A stretch of 64,000 bases of DNA from an uncultured delta proteobacterium (GTDB lineage: Bacteria > Myxococcota > B64-G9): contig CAVWHX010000004.1 in the NCBI GenBank assembly GCA_963754925.1, forward strand, positions 832,001 through 896,000. The letters are read 5' to 3'. Positions 61,464 through 64,000 of this stretch are shown piece after piece. How positions within the stretch are numbered: the first letter of the stretch is position 1; each line of letters starts with the position of its first letter. Made by a program: the position numbers and the translations under genes. The notes under the pieces are model-generated. The model was given only the letters and a program-made list of their open reading frames with translations, was not told the origin of the DNA and did not search any database.

Positions 61464-62255
61464 GTGTCGTCAAGCGTATCCAAAGAGTTACAGGAAGCCG
61501 CACAGCGCTGCTCCGATTTTATTCAAGACGCGCGCCGGGTGGTCCTTTTGAGCGGCGCCGGCATGTCTACCGCGGCCGGTATCGCCGACTTCCGTGGGCC
61601 CCAGGGTTTCTATCGCACGGTTCAAATCGAAAATCCTGAGCGGATCTTCGACATTGAAACCTTTCGCGATGACCCAAGCCTGTTTTATCGTTTCCACCGA
61701 GAGCTCATCCAAGTGCTCGAACGGGTTAAGCCAACCTTTGCGCACCGATTTTTTGCGGCATTGGAACAGACCGGCACCATGCCGGGAATCATCACTCAAA
61801 ACATTGATTCCCTCCACCAAAAAGCGGGCTCGAAGAACGTGCTCGAGATTCACGGTGGAGTCTGGCAGAGCCACTGCTTCAAATGCGGGAAAGAGTACCC
61901 GTACGATGTTGCTCGCGATAAGACTTTGGCCGAGACGGTGCCAACCTGTGATTTGTGCAGCGGGCCGATTAAACCGAATGTGGTCTTCTTTGGCGAGGCG
62001 GTGAAATACCTTTTGGAGAGTCAGCTACTCGCCAGAAGCGCTGACCTGTTCTTTATCCTCGGCTCGTCGCTAACCGTTACACCGGCCGCCTTACTCCCGG
62101 CACTCGCTCCGGGGAGAATTGTGGTGGTCAACCAGGGCCCGCTCTCGTACGCCTACCTCCCCGAAGATCGTATCGATCTCCTCGTTCCGGCCGACATCAA
62201 CACGTTCTTTGAGGAAGTAAATAAAATTCTACATCTGCCCGTTAGAGGCTGTTAG
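61464..62255 (+). CDS. cobB: Sir2-family NAD-dependent deacylase
   Basis: GAGMSTAAGIADFRG, TQNIDSLH, HG, CxxC..CxxC, KPNVVFFGE. Confidence 0.93.
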   Translation: MSSSVSKELQEAAQRCSDFIQDARRVVLLSGAGMSTAAGIADFRGPQGFYRTVQIENPERIFDIETFRDDPSLFYRFHRELIQVLERVKPTFAHRFFAALEQTGTMPGIITQNIDSLHQKAGSKNVLEIHGGVWQSHCFKCGKEYPYDVARDKTLAETVPTCDLCSGPIKPNVVFFGEAVKYLLESQLLARSADLFFILGSSLTVTPAALLPALAPGRIVVVNQGPLSYAYLPEDRIDLLVPADINTFFEEVNKILHLPVRGC

Positions 62256-62410
62256 CGAACGAAGTGAGCTTACAGCCTCTTATCCCCGCAGGGGATTAGA
62301 AGATATTGTAAGCGAGTTGAATATAAATACTCTTACCCCTAAAGGGGTAAGAAATTCTAAGCCTCGCGTTGCTCGGCAAGAATTTCTTATCCCGCAAGGG
62401 GGATTAAAGA
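62243..62410. repeat. Modular palindromic repeat, family B, locus 5
   Basis: TAGAGGCTGTTAGCGAACGAAGTGAGCTTACAGCCTCTTATCCCCGCAGGGGATTAG plus two further modules; contains the sirtuin stop codon. Confidence 0.88.
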
Positions 62411-62451
62411 TCATTCTAATTAGTAAATGAAGATAACAATGCCAGAGGAGC

Positions 62452-63144
62452 CTAGGCTTGCTCAAGATATCCTTTGAGCTTCAAAGCATAGATGATCTGT
62501 TGGGCGATTTGTTCGAGATCAAAGACCGAACAGTCATAGACCACATGGAAAGCCGATCGGCGGGGTTTCATCTCTTGGTAGATTTTCTGTACGTAGTCCC
62601 GTTCTTGATCCTTGCTTCTGACAAGCTCCCGAGCGGCGGCCAGGTTGAGATCCCCGCGCGCCGCCACCTGCTCGATGCGCCAGTCCTCAGGAGCTTCCAG
62701 GCGAACCGCCAAACCACGCGGCAGATCCACCGTGGCCACGACGCCAGCTTGACCAACTATCACCGCATTGCCATGCAGGGCGATTTTCCGAATGAGCAGG
62801 GTCGTCAAATGGCGAATCTGCGCTCGAGAAGGAATGCGACTATCAGAAAGAGAGCGCAAGAAGCCAAGAAAAAAATTCGACTTGGTTTCGAGTTCTTTAT
62901 CGAGCATATCAACGGTGATGTTCGTTTCTTCGGCGATCTGGTTGAGGATATATTTGTTGTAAATCTTCCAGAGTCGTTCTGGTCTTGCCTGCTTGTTGAG
63001 AATCTCAACCAGCAGTTGTCCCAGGTAGAAGGCGCCGCATCCGTACTGTCGTGATATGGTGACAAACGGTCCGCCAGGTGTCTTGTGGCCGACTGGCTCT
63101 ACGGGGCGATCTCCAATGTACTTTGCTAATGTAATTTTGCTCAT
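62452..63144 (-). CDS. Cytidylate kinase-like family protein
   Basis: VTISRQYGCG, GNAVIVG, VRLEAP..WR, D..R motifs; RBS GGAGG. Confidence 0.85.
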   Translation of the reverse strand: MSKITLAKYIGDRPVEPVGHKTPGGPFVTISRQYGCGAFYLGQLLVEILNKQARPERLWKIYNKYILNQIAEETNITVDMLDKELETKSNFFLGFLRSLSDSRIPSRAQIRHLTTLLIRKIALHGNAVIVGQAGVVATVDLPRGLAVRLEAPEDWRIEQVAARGDLNLAAARELVRSKDQERDYVQKIYQEMKPRRSAFHVVYDCSVFDLEQIAQQIIYALKLKGYLEQA

Positions 63145-63502
63145 GGAGCCCTCCTTTCAGGCCTTGCGCTACTACTTTTAATAATAATTGATCTGAATCC
63201 TAAATGGTATCCTTTTCTAGGATGAAAAGAATGCTCCCCGAAGACCGCACCACCTCAGAAGCGAGTCCCTGGATCGCCCGCAGTAGGACTTAAGATGCGC
63301 CGCATCGCCGACCTTGAAAAAAATTTAAAAATCTTGAAAAAAATATTGCTATACCCTGTACGAAATGGAGTACACTATCTATGGGCGTCGCTTACGATGC
63401 ACGCTGGTAGAAAAGGCGTTTGTATCTTTGAGCGAATGTTTCTAACCTCGGCTGCCGTATCTCCATTTACGGAGTCGAGAAAAAAAAAGGAGGTATATTG
63501 AA

Positions 63503-64000
63503 ATGGATCAGTCACCTTCCGAACCTTATCCGCCGTCCCGCTATCAGGGCCGGGAACATTTCTTTCCTCACATCTCAAACGAACAATGGAATGATTGGCG
63601 GTGGCAGTTCCAACACCGCATCACGTCATTAGAAAGGCTTTCAAAATACATACCCATTCCTGAGAACGAATTTCATCTGCGCCAGGAAGTCGTGCGACTC
63701 TTTCGCATGGGCATTACGCCTTACTACCTGTCGTTGATCGATGCTGACGATCCCCATGATCCAATATTGAGGCAAGTGGTCCCGCTCAAGGAGGAATACC
63801 TATACCGCGCAGCTGGCGAGGAGGATCCTCTGGCCGAAGAGAAGCTTTCTCCGGTGCCGGGGTTGACCCACCGCTATCCAGACCGTTGCCTCATGGTTGT
63901 CTCCAACGTGTGTGCAACGTATTGCCGCCACTGTACCCGTAAGCGCATCATGGCTGAAGGAAGCGCACCGCACATCAACATAGATGCCATGATCGATTAC
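63503..64000 (+). CDS. KamA-family radical SAM (lysine 2,3-aminomutase-like), 3' end off the window
   Basis: Absent from the ORF track. RBS AGGAGG; WNDWRWQ, ITPYYLSLID, DPLAEE, GLTHRYPDR, CATYCRHCTRKR. Confidence 0.93.
   Translation, partial: MDQSPSEPYPPSRYQGREHFFPHISNEQWNDWRWQFQHRITSLERLSKYIPIPENEFHLRQEVVRLFRMGITPYYLSLIDADDPHDPILRQVVPLKEEYLYRAAGEEDPLAEEKLSPVPGLTHRYPDRCLMVVSNVCATYCRHCTRKRIMAEGSAPHINIDAMIDY

Noticed and set aside
61464..62255. Sir2-based anti-phage defence system
   Set aside because: It is a classical Zn-binding CobB-type sirtuin with no defence partner genes.
1..64000. tRNA/rRNA genes and selenocysteine or pyrrolysine readthrough
   Set aside because: None recognised by eye, and no truncated gene resumes in the same frame after TGA or TAG. 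A tRNAscan/cmscan run would be needed to exclude small RNAs.

Overview
A 64 kb chromosomal segment, mostly housekeeping and metabolic genes, from a moderately GC-rich bacterium. The gene repertoire (zinc-ribbon/TPR membrane proteins, FHA protein, PP2C phosphatase, 2-oxoacid:ferredoxin oxidoreductase) suggests a deltaproteobacterial/Myxococcota-like anaerobe; this is inference. Recognisable genes: gltB (partial), fadL, trxB, grpE-dnaJ, a divergent aconitase, plsC, ssb, pepD, amgK/murU-like pair, tatA, DUF47-PiT, a six-gene korABC/GltD-like/Fe-S cluster, qorB, glmS, pepF, a sigma54-driven P-II + porin pair, gatCAB, uvrD/pcrA, glgP, infA, a parvulin, a sirtuin and a partial KamA-family gene. I found no rRNA, tRNA, CRISPR array, transposase or prophage. 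Main observations: (1) six genes are each broken by one extra base beside a TTAA tetramer, most simply a read-error footprint of a TTAA DNA modification; (2) two families of structured intergenic repeats whose stems change sequence but stay paired; (3) several enzymes with altered catalytic motifs (RlmN-like radical SAM without the resolving Cys, TrxB-like protein without CxxC, Fic without His, aconitase, P-II); (4) a VolA-like lipoprotein without a lipase domain next to fadL. All family calls come from motif recognition by eye, not from database searches.
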